A DNA stretch of 64,000 nucleotides from the human T2T-CHM13v2.0 reference genome, Homo sapiens. Under the pieces are notes generated by a model. It was not told the DNA's origin and ran no database searches. It worked only from the letters and a program-made list of their open reading frames with translations. The position numbers were made by a program, and so were the translations under genes. The DNA lies in assembly GCF_009914755.1 (NCBI RefSeq), contig NC_060934.1; one strand, given 5' to 3'. This document shows, piece by piece, positions 28,259 through 41,701 of this stretch; within the stretch, counting starts at the first letter, position 1; every line of letters begins with the position of its first letter.

Positions 28259-28881
28259 TAAATAGAAAGCTATAGTGCAGTTTGGATCACACACGGGAAA
28301 CAGCCTGAACTGCAGTAATGAAAGTGGTTATGATAATAGAAAATCAACATGATAGACATCATAAACTAGTCTGAGATTTCACACGTAAATGATTGGGAAA
28401 ATGATAACCCTCTTATCAGAAAAATTGAGGATAAAAGAGAAGGAGTTAGATTCTGGATAGGTGAGGCTTGAGCAGGCTGTTGGAGATGTTAGTCTAACAG
28501 CGAAGCAGGCAGCCCAGAGCTGGAGAAAAAGATTCAAAAGTCTTCTGGCTGGGGTTGCAAATTGAAACCCAAAGAGTACATGAAATCTCAGAAGCAGAGA
28601 AACGAGGGCAGGACTAGGAGTGGTTGGAGGATCTATATTTAGGGAGCAGGAAAAAAGTGGGGCCAGAGAAGATCATTTCCAGTCTTTACCTGAATCTGTA
28701 ACCTCAGGGCTTACTTTCCATCAGGCCCATCACATACTGCTGGGCCTTGCCAGCCAGGGCAGTCTTCTCCTATGCACTCCTACCGTACAAATATGGTCTG
28801 ATTTGTAGCTCTCTACTCACCAGACACACATACATATGTACACACTACTCTTTACTGAAATCTGCCAGCTATCTGTAGATG

Positions 28882-29103
28882 AGTATTTCCCTAAATAATG
28901 TTCTTCACACCTTCTCCACTTCCCTCCATTTGGAAAGAATCATGTGTAGTTAAACCAGATCTGTACCTGAATTTTGTAATGGATAGAAGCCTGATTGTTT
29001 GCTGTTAAAGTGTTTTTCAACAACCAAGATATAGGATAAATCAAGGTATGTACTTAAAACAAGGATTTCCACAGGCCTGACCCATATGTTATATGAGTTT
29101 GAC
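28882..29103 (+). repeat. Dispersed duplication, partner 30690-30911
   Basis: 222 bp, about 20 differences by manual alignment. Confidence 0.95.
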
Positions 29104-29239
29104 CAATTCTGTAGATGTGGCTGTCTCTAGAACAAGGAAAAAAGTTCTTACTATGGGTATAGAGACACTTATAAAGAAACATTCCTCAAAAGCTTGAGTT
29201 TTATAATTATCAAGAAGTAAAGAGAGGAATATTACTTAG

Positions 29240-29530
29240 CTTTAAAAAGAAGTGAAATGCCAATACATAATATAACATGGATGACCATTCAAAACATTTT
29301 GCTAATAAGCCAGACACAAAAGGACAAATAATCTATGGTTTCATTTATAGGAGATATCTGGAGCAGGTAATGGAGAGTTCCTGTTTAATGGGTACAGAAT
29401 TTTAGTTTGGGGTGAAAACAGTTCTGGAGAAAGATGGTAGTGATAGCTGCATGACAATGTGAATGACTTAATGCCACTGAGTTTGCACTTTAAAATGGTT
29501 AAAATGTTGATTTTAATGTTATGTATATTT
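29240..29530 (+). mobile_element. L1MB-type 3' end
   Basis: gccagacacaaaaggacaaata...aaaatggttaaaatg..ttatgtatatttt. Confidence 0.75.
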
Positions 29531-29542
29531 TGACTTCTTTTG

Positions 29543-30402
29543 CATTTTCATTTTTAAAATGTTTGGAAATACGTACAACTTTCATACAGTTTCAGGGTGC
29601 TCCAGACACCCGTGGCCACTTCTTGTAAACCACTGACTATTTCTAGAGCACTTTGAGAGACTACAATATGATCATGATCAAATTTTGTAATTAAACCTAA
29701 TGAGGGCAACAGACACTTCTCAGATAAGAAATGTGTCAATTACAGAGCTCCCCTACTCTAAGTATTCACAAGGAGACAGATAAATAGTTTCTTTATTCCT
29801 CCTCCTCCTCCTATTCTTCCTCCCCGTCTTCTTCATCCTCCTCTTCCACTTTTTTCCGGGCAACTTTAGCAGGACGCTTTGCGCCATCAAACTTTACTTT
29901 CGACTTATAGTCAGCAACATCCTTCTCATACTTTTTCAGCTTTGCCACCTTAGTGATGTAAGGCTGCTTTTTCGCTGCCATTTAAGTTATTCCACATCTC
30001 ACCCAGCTTTTTTGCCACGTCTCCAATAGAGAAGCCAGGGTTTGTGGATTTGATCTAGGCGCAGAATTCTGAACAGAACAGGAAGAATCCAGACGGTGGC
30101 CTTTTAGGGGCATTAGGATCCTTCTTCTTGCCTCCCTTAGCTGGTTCATAATCCTTCATTTCCCGATCATAGCGCACTTTAATCACCTTTGCCATTTCAT
30201 CAAATTTAGATTTCTCTTTCCCGGACATTATCTTCCACCTCTCAGAGCGCTTCTTGGAAAATTCTGCAAAATTGACAGGGACCTCTGGGTTTTTCTTCTT
30301 ATGTTCTTCTCTGCACGTCTGCACGAAGAAGGCATAAGCAGACATCTTGCCGTTTGGTTTCTAGGGGTCACCTTTAGCCATCCTGACTGTATTGTTCGCT
30401 AG
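29543..30402 (-). pseudogene. HMGB3 processed pseudogene in intron 2 (possibly HMGB3P8; number recalled, not verified)
   Basis: Intronless [43 protein letters not shown]; ATG at 30381, TAG stops at 30361-63 and 30055-57, acidic tail, TAA at 29793-95; 589 nt between start and stop implies a frameshift; about 250 nt of 3'UTR. Confidence 0.93.
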
Positions 30403-31556
30403 TAGATCAACTTTTTTTTAAGTGAAGAGAATCTATGTAGAATACAAGTATTTGGGGGCACCTTCTCTGCCTTTTAGGATGTTCAGGGCATATTTATCCA
30501 CTTAGGACTAACTCTATTCCCTGATCTTCACTCTTAGGACTCATCAGGCTCATTGATCCTTTTATCCTTTTATATAAGTGGCCATGCACTTGAATTCTGT
30601 GGAGCACGGTCAGTAAAACGGAAGGTGATAAAGACAGTGTTTAGGTGAAGCTGGGTCCTACTGCCAATGAAGAGAAAATTGGAAAACTAAGTACTTCCCT
30701 AAATAATGTTCTTCACACCTTCCCCACTTCCCTCCATTTGGAAAGAATCATGTGTAATTAAACCAGATATGTATCTGAATTTTGTAATGGATGGAAGCCT
30801 ATTGTTTGCTGTTAAAGTGTTTTTCTAACAACTGTGATATAGGATGAGTCAAGGTGTGTAATTAAAATAAGGATTTCCACAGGCCTGACTCATATGCTAT
30901 ATGAATTGGACTCATTTATAAACAAATCAGAAATTAACTCTACACAGTTAACATACTCTCTTCTCCAAGTGAGGAATTGTCAAAGGTAAATGTGGTGTGG
31001 TACGATAAACTTGGTCTTCTGGAGGTCACAGGTCTTTACAGTTACCTTTCTGTAAGAATAAAACCAACCGACTTCCCCCATGAATCCATGACACCTTAAC
31101 CTAGAGTGACTTATACAGTCACTGGTGGTGATGGACATGTTGCACACTTCCGGTAGTTTCTGTGTCTGCAGCTTTAGTCAAGGATAGAACATACCTAACT
31201 GGTAACTATTTTTTACTTGCTAGAGATGATATCACTGGAAATGTAGTCATCAGAATGGATTGATCTCGTACCTATTATGCTTCATGTCTGCTCAGTCAAA
31301 GAATGCTAAAAGGCCCAGATAAACCTTGATACTTTAATTAACCCTTCCTCTCGATAACCTATTCTGTACAATATTGACATCATTTCCTCGTTTCTATCCT
31401 TGTGGCAGCAGAATCTAAGCTGTCTTCTTTTGATCCCATGATGGTGTATGGAGTTTCCCACATTTATGTTGAAAAGCTGCTTTAGAGGGTTGTGCCAGAG
31501 TGAATGTGAAAGTGTTTTCTCTACCTATTCTACTTGATTAAACTCCTCATTGATGT

Positions 31557-31663
31557 CAGACAAGATCACCCATATCAGCATACCTGGATGGAAAACAGAT
31601 GGCAGATGGCAGGGAGACATGTGCAATGTATGATGTGAATAAACTCCTTTTTACACTAGCATG
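31557..31663 (+). repeat. Partial duplicate of exon 3 plus its 5' splice site (partner 33440-33546)
   Basis: 107 bp, 8 mismatches by manual alignment, GTATGA donor retained at 31628. Confidence 0.95.
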
Positions 31664-32917
31664 ACAACAGATGCTCAGACCCCACAATGCCTGTCAGAAT
31701 GCTATTCTCATGTTGAGAAAAGAATAAACAATTTTTTTCGGACTAAATTCCCTCCAAAAGGTTTTTCAGATGTAGAAATGGGACTATAGTAGGTGTTTGA
31801 GGCGCTCCAGCTGGGCCTAAGAGAGTTGAAATGAGTGAGCACCTGGATTATCTTAGAGACATAGATGGAATCATGTTTTTGTACTTGGATTGGATTATTT
31901 AGCAGAAAAATGCTTCCTAGAAGGCCTGAAGATGATTGATTTTATTGCTCACTTCAGCAAATCCCACATCTGGTTTGGGCCCTATCAGCAGAGAACACTA
32001 TAATCAGAACATCGCTTGAGAGCCCAGTGGTTAAGCACCTAACTTCAAAGGCCATGTGGATTTGAACTCTGGCTCCAGGATTCATTAGCTGCAGTACTTT
32101 TTGGCAAGTTACTTGGCCCCTCAGAGTCCCCTTTTCTAATTTTTAAAATTAGTACCTACTTCACAGTGTTTTGAGAGTTAAATGAGCTACTCTATAAAGT
32201 GCTTAGAACAATGCCTGGCAAATAGACAGATAGGAGTGTTAGCTATTATAATTACTGAGCAAGCCAACTTATGACTCTCATAACCATTAGCTTACAGTCT
32301 TGGAGACACTTTACCTAGCCAGCAAATTGTATGATTAATTGCATTACTATTAAACACAGGTAGCCAGAAATAGGCTCTTTGTTTGAATTTCATAAATATC
32401 TAAATGTGTTGCTTCCAGGTTATAGGATTCACCACTGTCAGACTTGCTATTTGCTGATTTAAGTATTCATTTTTTCCAATAGAATTGCTTATACTTGTGC
32501 CTTTTATTGTTTTAAATAACAAAATCACTTAAATTTATAGTCTCCTAAAGTCTTTGAGAGTTTTGTTATTAAGGCAATCCAACAAAATACAAGAAATACA
32601 AAAGAATATTTGACATAATCATATAAAATTATCTCCAATATGCTGGTGTATTTCATGTGATGAGATTCTAACCTCAATTCCTTACTCATAAAGTGGGGTG
32701 GACAACCTCCATTTTGCCATGTTTTTGGCATGCTTCTAGGCATGTTTTAATTCTCATGAATTACACTGATCACTGAGAAATGTTATACAAAAATAAGATT
32801 TACTGAAACTATGATTTAAACTTCCCAACATTGTCTTGCAAACATTACTTTAAAAATCAAAGATTTTTTCCTCGTGTTGAATTCGTATACTGCATTTTAT
32901 AATGCATTAACTTTTTG

Positions 32918-33218
32918 AGCTAGATGTGGTGGCTCGTGCCTATAATCCCAGCAACTTGGGAGGCTGAGGTAGGAAGATCACTTGAGGCCAGGAGTTCAAG
33001 ATCACCCTAGGCAACATAGTGAGACCCTGTCTCTAAAAAAATTGTTTAAAATTAGCCATGTGTGGTGTCATGGGTCTGTAATCCAACTATTCAGGAGGCT
33101 GAGGCGGCCAGATGGCTTGAGCCCAGGAGTTTGCAACTGCAGTGCGTTATGATGGAGTCATTGCACTTCAGCCTGGGCAACACAGTGAGACACTGTCTCT
33201 AAATAATAATAATAATAA
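32918..33218 (+). mobile_element. AluJ with (TAA)n tail
   Basis: divergent dimeric Alu. Confidence 0.9.
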
Positions 33219-33390
33219 TTTTTGGTACTTTTATAATATGTAGCCATAACTATTTAGTAAAAATATATTAAAGAAGGTTGCTAAAGATCAAATTTAGTGA
33301 AAGGCTTTCGAGCAGCTTTAGAATAGGTCTACTAACTATTAAATAATTTTTAATTATTATTTTTCCTTAATCTCTTTCTGCTTGAAACAG

Positions 33391-33510
33391 GAGATCAGTG
33401 CGGTTAATTCTTCAACTATCCAAGCCTCATATTTTGGAACAGACAAGATCACCCGTATCAACATAGCTGGATGGAAAACAGATGGCAAATGGCAGAGAGA
33501 CATGTGCAAT
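33391..33510 (+). CDS. PNLIPRP3: PNLIPRP3 coding exon 3 EISAVNSSTIQASYFGTDKITRINIAGWKTDGKWQRDMCN
   Basis: acceptor ...cttgaaacag, 120 nt, phase 0-0, donor AAT|GTATGA. Confidence 0.95.
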
Positions 33511-33904
33511 GTATGACATGAATAAGCTCCTTTTTACACTAGCATGCGAGCTTTATGTTTAACATGAATGTACTTTGCAAGGTATTGATGTATATTCATG
33601 GAAATCTTCCATTCAGTTATCCACAATTATCCGTGTTCTGGGGCCTCAAATTAGTTATCCATTTCCCATTTATTTTTATTATAAATTGCACAGATTACAA
33701 GGGAAGCAAATTTGTATAATCACTCTTGAATAAATTCTTCTCTTGACAGGAGATTAAATGGTATGATCAATTTCTCATTTAATTTAAGAAAAACAATTTC
33801 CAAGTTAACTCCATGAAATTAATCTTTCTCTCCTATACTTAAGATTAATAGACTGCTAACATCATAAGCAGTTAAATATTTATAAGGCCATATAGTGAAG
33901 ATAA

Positions 33905-34030
33905 CATTAGTACCTATCTCACGGAGTGAGAATTAAATTTATATATATGTGTTTTATATATATATATAACACATATATATAAACACATATATATAAATTT
34001 AATTCTCACTCCGTGAGATAGGTACTAATG
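33905..34030. repeat. Perfect inverted repeat, 50-bp arms (33905-33954 / 33981-34030), 26-nt TA-rich spacer
   Basis: arms checked base by base as exact reverse complements. Confidence 0.97.
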
Positions 34031-34048
34031 CATAGGTGCTAATTACTA

Positions 34049-34066
34049 ATGTGTGTGTGTGTGTGT

Positions 34067-34128
<62 letters not shown>
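34049..34128. repeat. Compound (TG)n(TA)n microsatellite
   Basis: direct inspection. Confidence 0.9.
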
Positions 34129-34199
34129 GGGTTAGGACATACGTATATATATGGGTTAGGACAGAGCTTAGCCTGTGGTAGGTTCTCTATTAACACCTA

Positions 34200-34566
34200 C
34201 GTATTACTCCATTTTCATACTGCTATAAAGAACTGCCCTAGACTGGGTAATTTATAAAGGAAAGAGGTTTAATTGACTCACAGTTCAGCATAGCTGGGGA
34301 GGCCTCAGGAAACTTACAATCACGGCGGAAGGCACCGCTTCACTAGGCAGCAGGAAGGAGAAGTGCCAAGTGAAGGGGGAAGAATCCCTTATAAAACCAT
34401 CAGATCTCATAAGAACTCACTATCACGAAAACGGCACGGGGGAAACCACCCCCATGAATCAATTACCTCGACCTGGTCTCTCCTTTGAGACGTGCAGATT
34501 ATGGGGATTATGGGGATTACAATTCAAGATAAGATTTGGTCGGGGACACAAAGTCTAACCATATCA
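34200..34566 (-). mobile_element. THE1/MST solo LTR 100 bp upstream of exon 4
   Basis: gtattactccattttcatactgct...aaccatatca, perfect TSD ACCTA. Confidence 0.92.
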
Positions 34567-34665
34567 ACCTACTAGTATAATTTCTTATTATGGAATCAAG
34601 TGTTGAGACACGTCGGTTTCCTTGAACACTTATTTATTTAATATTTATATAAATCTTTGTGCCAG

Positions 34666-34797
34666 GTGTTGCTACAGCTGGAAGATATAAATTGCATTAA
34701 TTTAGATTGGATCAACGGTTCACGGGAATACATCCATGCTGTAAACAATCTCCGTGTTGTTGGTGCTGAGGTGGCTTATTTTATTGATGTTCTCATG
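34666..34797 (+). CDS. PNLIPRP3: PNLIPRP3 coding exon 4 VLLQLEDINCINLDW...AYFIDVLM
   Basis: acceptor ...tttgtgccag, 132 nt, donor ATG|GTAAGA; NCI.DW lipase motif; lies within ORF 34657-34905. Confidence 0.96.
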
Positions 34798-34990
34798 GTA
34801 AGAAGAGTTGATTTTTTTTTAATTATATTGAATTGGTTTTGGATATTAACACTCAGAAGTTGGGACAATTTAATGTCTTTTTTTATTAGCTTAGACAGGT
34901 ACTGAACATGTGAAATAATAAGCATTTGTATATGGCAGACAAAAAAGGAAAAGTTTCTTCGCAGTAAAGAGTCTGTGGTTATTTGAAGCA

Positions 34991-35004
34991 CCACTAGGTG
35001 GCAG
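34991..35004 (+). promoter_or_regulatory. CTCF core motif CCACTAGGTGGCAG
   Basis: close match to the CTCF consensus CCAC/GYAGRKGGCR. Confidence 0.65.
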
Positions 35005-36334
35005 TGTGTCTACACAGGCTCATCACTAAAAACTGCCCCCGCAAGGTCACTGCCTTGGTCAGCATGTTAGACCACCTCAATCAGTTTCATCAATTGTAAA
35101 TCTATCCTTAGAATTATAAATTGTTACCATCCTTCAAATATTATTTGTTTAGAATATGACATGTATTTTCACACAAAAACAGGGTTCTGTGCCTGTGAAT
35201 TAGTTAGGTCTGTAGGCCAGTCCAGACACAACTATTTAACACACATATTCTCTAAAGGAATTAAATAGACCTTGCTATTTATTAGGCCTATACTCTGCGA
35301 CATTCACGAATCTCCAAATGCTTTCTAAAAAGTAATTTCCCACCCTAAAATGCAGTGTAGTAAAATCTAAAGATGCATAATCCTTTCAGATTTTTAAGGA
35401 GGGTTCATTCATTCATTCAACAAATATATATTTCACTCTGCACTTACTGTGGGCTAGGCATGGAAGATATGACTTGTAAGTAAGACAGTGTTTCTGCTCT
35501 GACAAAATGTACACTCTAGTAGGCAATGGAGGCACACACAGAAACAAATGAACAAGAAAATGTCAGTTGGTGACAAGTACTGGGTGAAGAAAATGCAAGG
35601 CAGTAGAATGGAGAATGGCAGAAGCAGAAACAAATTGTATGAGCAACCAGGTTAGGTGATATTTGAACATTGACCACTGTCAGTAAACATCCTGAAGAAG
35701 GAATTAGGGATCCAAAGACTCATTTATGCCCCGACACTTCTCTATCTTCTCTTTCCACTCTATCAGGGAAGACTAAGGTACAAGATCTTTAGAGAAAGTC
35801 TTTGAAAGGATGAAATCAGATTCATCTTCATCTTCTCTTTATAAAAAAAAAAAAAAGCCAGCTGTAAGCTTTTGTGAGTTTCTTTATTGACCTTAGGGCC
35901 TGAGCTGTGGGCTTTCCTATGTCCAATAAATAAATAATAGTGGTTCATAGGAAGCTGACAGGAGATGTTTGCAGAACTGAAGGGAAAAATGTTTGTTGAA
36001 TTAAAATGTTCATTGAATTGAATAGGCAGCCTTGAAGTGGGAAAAGGGTTTAGGGTGAGTGGGCTCCAGGGCCTCTGGGGATAATTCAGGATTCAAGCTT
36101 AAAGAAGGAGCAGCTAAAGGAACAGCTGAGTCTCTTCTCCACCTCTCTTTCTGTCATCTCATCACAAGTTACTAGCCCACCACAATTCACCACCTGGATT
36201 GGTACTGAGGCAAGCAGGTGCTTGGGAATGGGGTAGGAAGATGGGGAAGAAGGAGAAGAATGAAGGGGATAAGGGCTGAGAGTGATCTCAAATACCAACC
36301 TATATAAGGAGATAGGAAAGAAAATAGTCATTTA

Positions 36335-36712
<378 letters not shown>

Positions 36713-37937
36713 TTATTCACATATGTAAATGAGAGAGAAAATATTCTTTGTTCTGTGACTTATAAAACTGTCATAACTGGTGGAAAAAAATGGAATATTT
36801 GATCAAATGAAAAATGTATGCAAGTATAAATCAATTGCTTGATTTTCATGATAATTATGAGAGCCTGAAACTTAGGTGAAACTAAAAATGCTTGCTCAGG
36901 AGTGACATTATTAAGATAATAGGAATAGGGAGACCTGGATCCTTCTTTCTCTGACAAGCACACTGATTCAACAGTAACAGACAAATTTTCTTTGTGAGAA
37001 ATTAAGAAACTAGTTGAGAGGCTCTTACATCCTGGGTAAATATAAAACCAGCTACAACGAAGGCCAGAGGAAAATTTGAGATACCTTCTTGTCTTAACTT
37101 CTACCTCTGACCCAGCACCATATGATCTGAAGGAAACTCCTAGCTTCCCGCTTCACCTTGTGGACAGAAAAAGTGGGACGTCATATCCAATGTTTCAGCT
37201 TTTCTGGGGGCTGCTTAGGGTAATCACTTCAATCTCACATGTCTTGGAGCACTGATAGAACCCAGAATATTTTAGTATCTAGGGGCCAATGAGAACAAAG
37301 ATGGGAAGAAAGATGTCATTCAAGCAGTCACTATAGCCCCTTCCCCTAGCTCAGTGCAGACAAACAAAGTGATTGAGTAGAATACCCTAGATCCCATGTT
37401 CTCCTTGGGAGGAAAAGAGTTAAACTGCAAATCAAAAGTTCCAACTTTTCCAGGGGCTGCCTGAGAGACTGATTTCTGTCTTGACTCTCTTGGAAGTGCT
37501 GATGGCACTCAGCTTATTCTAGATGCTTGAGGGCTGCTAAGAATGAAGATAGTAGTTTGGACCAGCACAAAGTTTTGACAGGTGCCCAGAACTGTTGGCT
37601 AGGCTGATTGGTGAGAGTCTTCTCCCACAAAGAACAATCCATGAACACCCTCGCAGAGGTGGCTATTTTTTCTAATGTGCAAATACCAACATAAAGAGTC
37701 AAGGAAAATGAAGAAACAATATATACCAAAGAAACAGATTCATCTCCAGAAACTAACCCTAATGAAACAGAGATATATGATTTAACTGACAGAGAATTCC
37801 AACTAACCATCATAAAAATGTTAAATGAGGTCAGGAGAATTAATATTGCATGAACAAAGTGACAATTTCAACAAGAAGATTAAAAAAATATAAAAAGTAC
37901 CAAACAAATCTTGGAGCAAAAGAATATAATAATTGAA

Positions 37938-38256
<319 letters not shown>

Positions 38257-38844
38257 TGAAAGAGGAAGGAAGGAAGGAGAGAGAGAGAGAGAAAAGGAAG
38301 GAAGGAAGGAAAGAAAGAAAGAGAAAGAAAGAAAGAAAAGAAACAGAAAGAAAGAGGGAAAGTATGTGGAAATATAAAACTCTCTGGTAAAGGTAAACAT
38401 ATAGACAAATACAAAATACTGTAACATGTGTGTGTAAATTACTTTTAATTCTAGTATAAAAGTTAAAAGACAAAAGTATTAAGAATAACTATAACTAAAA
38501 ATATGTTAATGGATACACAATAAAAAAGACGTAATTATGACATCAATAACATGAAGCATGTGATGTGAACAAGTAAAAGTGTTGACTTTGGCGTATATGA
38601 TTGAAATTAAGTTGTTATCTCCTTAAAATACACTATTATACTATTATAAGATATTTTATGTAAACCCTATGGTAGTCACAAAGAAAGTACCTATAGAAAA
38701 TACACGAAAGATTTAAAAAAGCTATCAAAGTATATTAACACAAAAAATCAACAAAACACAAAAGAAGACAACAAGAGAGGAAAAGAGGAACAAAAGAACT
38801 ATAAGACAGAAAGGTAGGAAACAATTTTTTTAAATGGTAATAGT

Positions 38845-39496
<652 letters not shown>

Positions 39497-40461
39497 ATAA
39501 GTCCTTCTCCATCAATAATACTTTAAATGTAAATGTATTAAACTCTCTAATCAAAAGATATAGAGTGATTGAATAGTTTTGAAAAGATTTAACTACATGC
39601 TGTCTACAAGAGATTCATTTTATATTTTGGAGACACACATAGGTTTAAAGTGAAGAGATGGAAAAGAATAATCAACACAAATGGTAACCATAAGAAAACA
39701 AATGAATGTACTTGTATCTGACAAAATAGACTTTACGTCAGAAAGTATCACAAGTGACAAAGGTCATTATATAATGATAAAAGAATCAATTCACCAGGAA
39801 GATATAATAATTATAAATATATATGCACCCAACACCAGAGTACCTAAATATATAAAGCAAACATTGACAGATTGGAAGGGAGAAATACACAGCAGTGAAA
39901 TAATAGTAGGAGCCTTCATTATCTGATTTTCAATAATGGATAGATCACCTAGATGGAAAACAAATAAGAAGAAAACTTATTTGAACAACAACTTCAGCAA
40001 CACTATAGACCAAATGGACCTAACACATGTGCATAGAATATTTCACCCAACAGCAGAATACACTTTCGTCTCAGGTACACACAGAACCTTCGCCAGGATA
40101 GATCACAAGTGAGGTCAGAACAAAATCTTAGCCAACTCAAGAAGATTGCAATCATACCAAGTATCTTTCTTGACCACAGTAGAATGAAACTAGAAATCAA
40201 TAGCAAAAGGAAAACTGGAAAATACACAAATATGTGCAAATTAAACAGAAAACTTTTAAACAACCAATGGGTCAAAGAATAAATCAAAAGAGAAATTATA
40301 AAATACCATTAGACAAATGAAAACAAAAACACAACATACCAAAACCTATGGGATTCAGCAAAAGCAAACTAAGAAGGAAGTTTATAGTGATAAACACCTA
40401 AATTTAAAAAGAAAAAAGCTCTCCATTCAACAACCTAACTTTACACCTAAAAGAACTAGAT

Positions 40462-40666
40462 CAAGCTTGCCCAACCCACAGCCCAGAACAGCTTTGAATG
40501 TGGCCCCACACAAATTTGTAAACTTTCTTAAAACATCATGAGATTTATGCATGGACCTTATTTTTAAGCTCATCAGATATCATTAGTGTTAATTTATTTT
40601 ATGTGTGGCCCAAGACAATTCTTCTTCCACTGTGGCATGGGGAAACCAAAAAATTGGATACCCCCG
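40462..40666. mobile_element. MER30 hAT MITE
   Basis: perfect 8-bp TSD AACTAGAT; gtggccccacacaaatttgtaaactttctt. Confidence 0.9.
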
Positions 40667-41701
40667 AACTAGATAAAGGAGAATAAACTTATTCTAAAGT
40701 TAGCAGAAGAAGGGAAATAATAAAAATTACAGTAGAAATGAACAAAATAGTGAATACAAAAACAATATTAAGAAATGAACAAAACTACAAGTTGGTTTGT
40801 TGAAAAGATGAACAACATTTACAAACCTTTAGCTAGACTAAAAAAAACTTGAGAAGACTAACATTTAAAAAATAAGAAATAAAAAGGAGACATGACAATT
40901 GAGACCACAGAAATAAAAGGAACATGAGACTAGTATAAATAATTACACAACAAAATTTAAGATAACCTAGAAGAAATAGATAAATTCCTAGAAACATACA
41001 ACATACCAAAGCTGAATCATGAAGAAACAGAAAATCTGAACAGACCTGTATTAAAGAAGACACAAATAAATGGAAAAACATCCTGTGTTCATGAATCAAA
41101 AGAGTCAATATTATCAAAATGTTCATACTACCCAAAGCTATCTACAGATTCAACGTAATACCTATCAAAATTCCAGTGGCCTTTTTTTTTAACAGAAATA
41201 GTAAAAACAATTGTGAAATGTATATGGAAGCACAAAGGACCCTGAATAGCCAAAACAATCTCGAGAAAGAAGAACTAAGCTGGAATCATCACAGTTCCTG
41301 ATTTCAAAATTTATTACGAAAGTACAGCAATTAAAGCAGTGTGGCACTGGCATAAAGACAGAATAGAGATCTCAGAAGGAAACTCATGTATGTATGGTCA
41401 ACTGATCTTCCACAAGGGTGCCAAGAATACACAATGAAGAAAGGATAGGCTCTTCCTACAACTGGCATTGGGAAAGCTGGATATCCACATAAAAATGAAT
41501 TAAATTTGACCCTTGTCTTACACTATATACACACACACACAAATCAATTTGAAATAGATTATAGACAAACATAACACCTAAAACTATAAAACTCCTAGAA
41601 AAAAACATAGAAGAAAAGCTTTATGACATTGGACTTGACAATGATTTCCTGGATATTTCACCAAAATCACAGGCAGCAAAAGCAAAAATAGACAAAGAGG
41701 A

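Noticed and set aside
28882-30911. 222-bp repeats as TSDs or LTRs of the HMGB3 retrocopy
   Set aside because: They are hundreds of bp from the retrocopy ends and lack TG...CA termini
39681-39926. Endonuclease-like ORF
   Set aside because: Fragment of dead L1 ORF2 surrounded by stops and frameshifts
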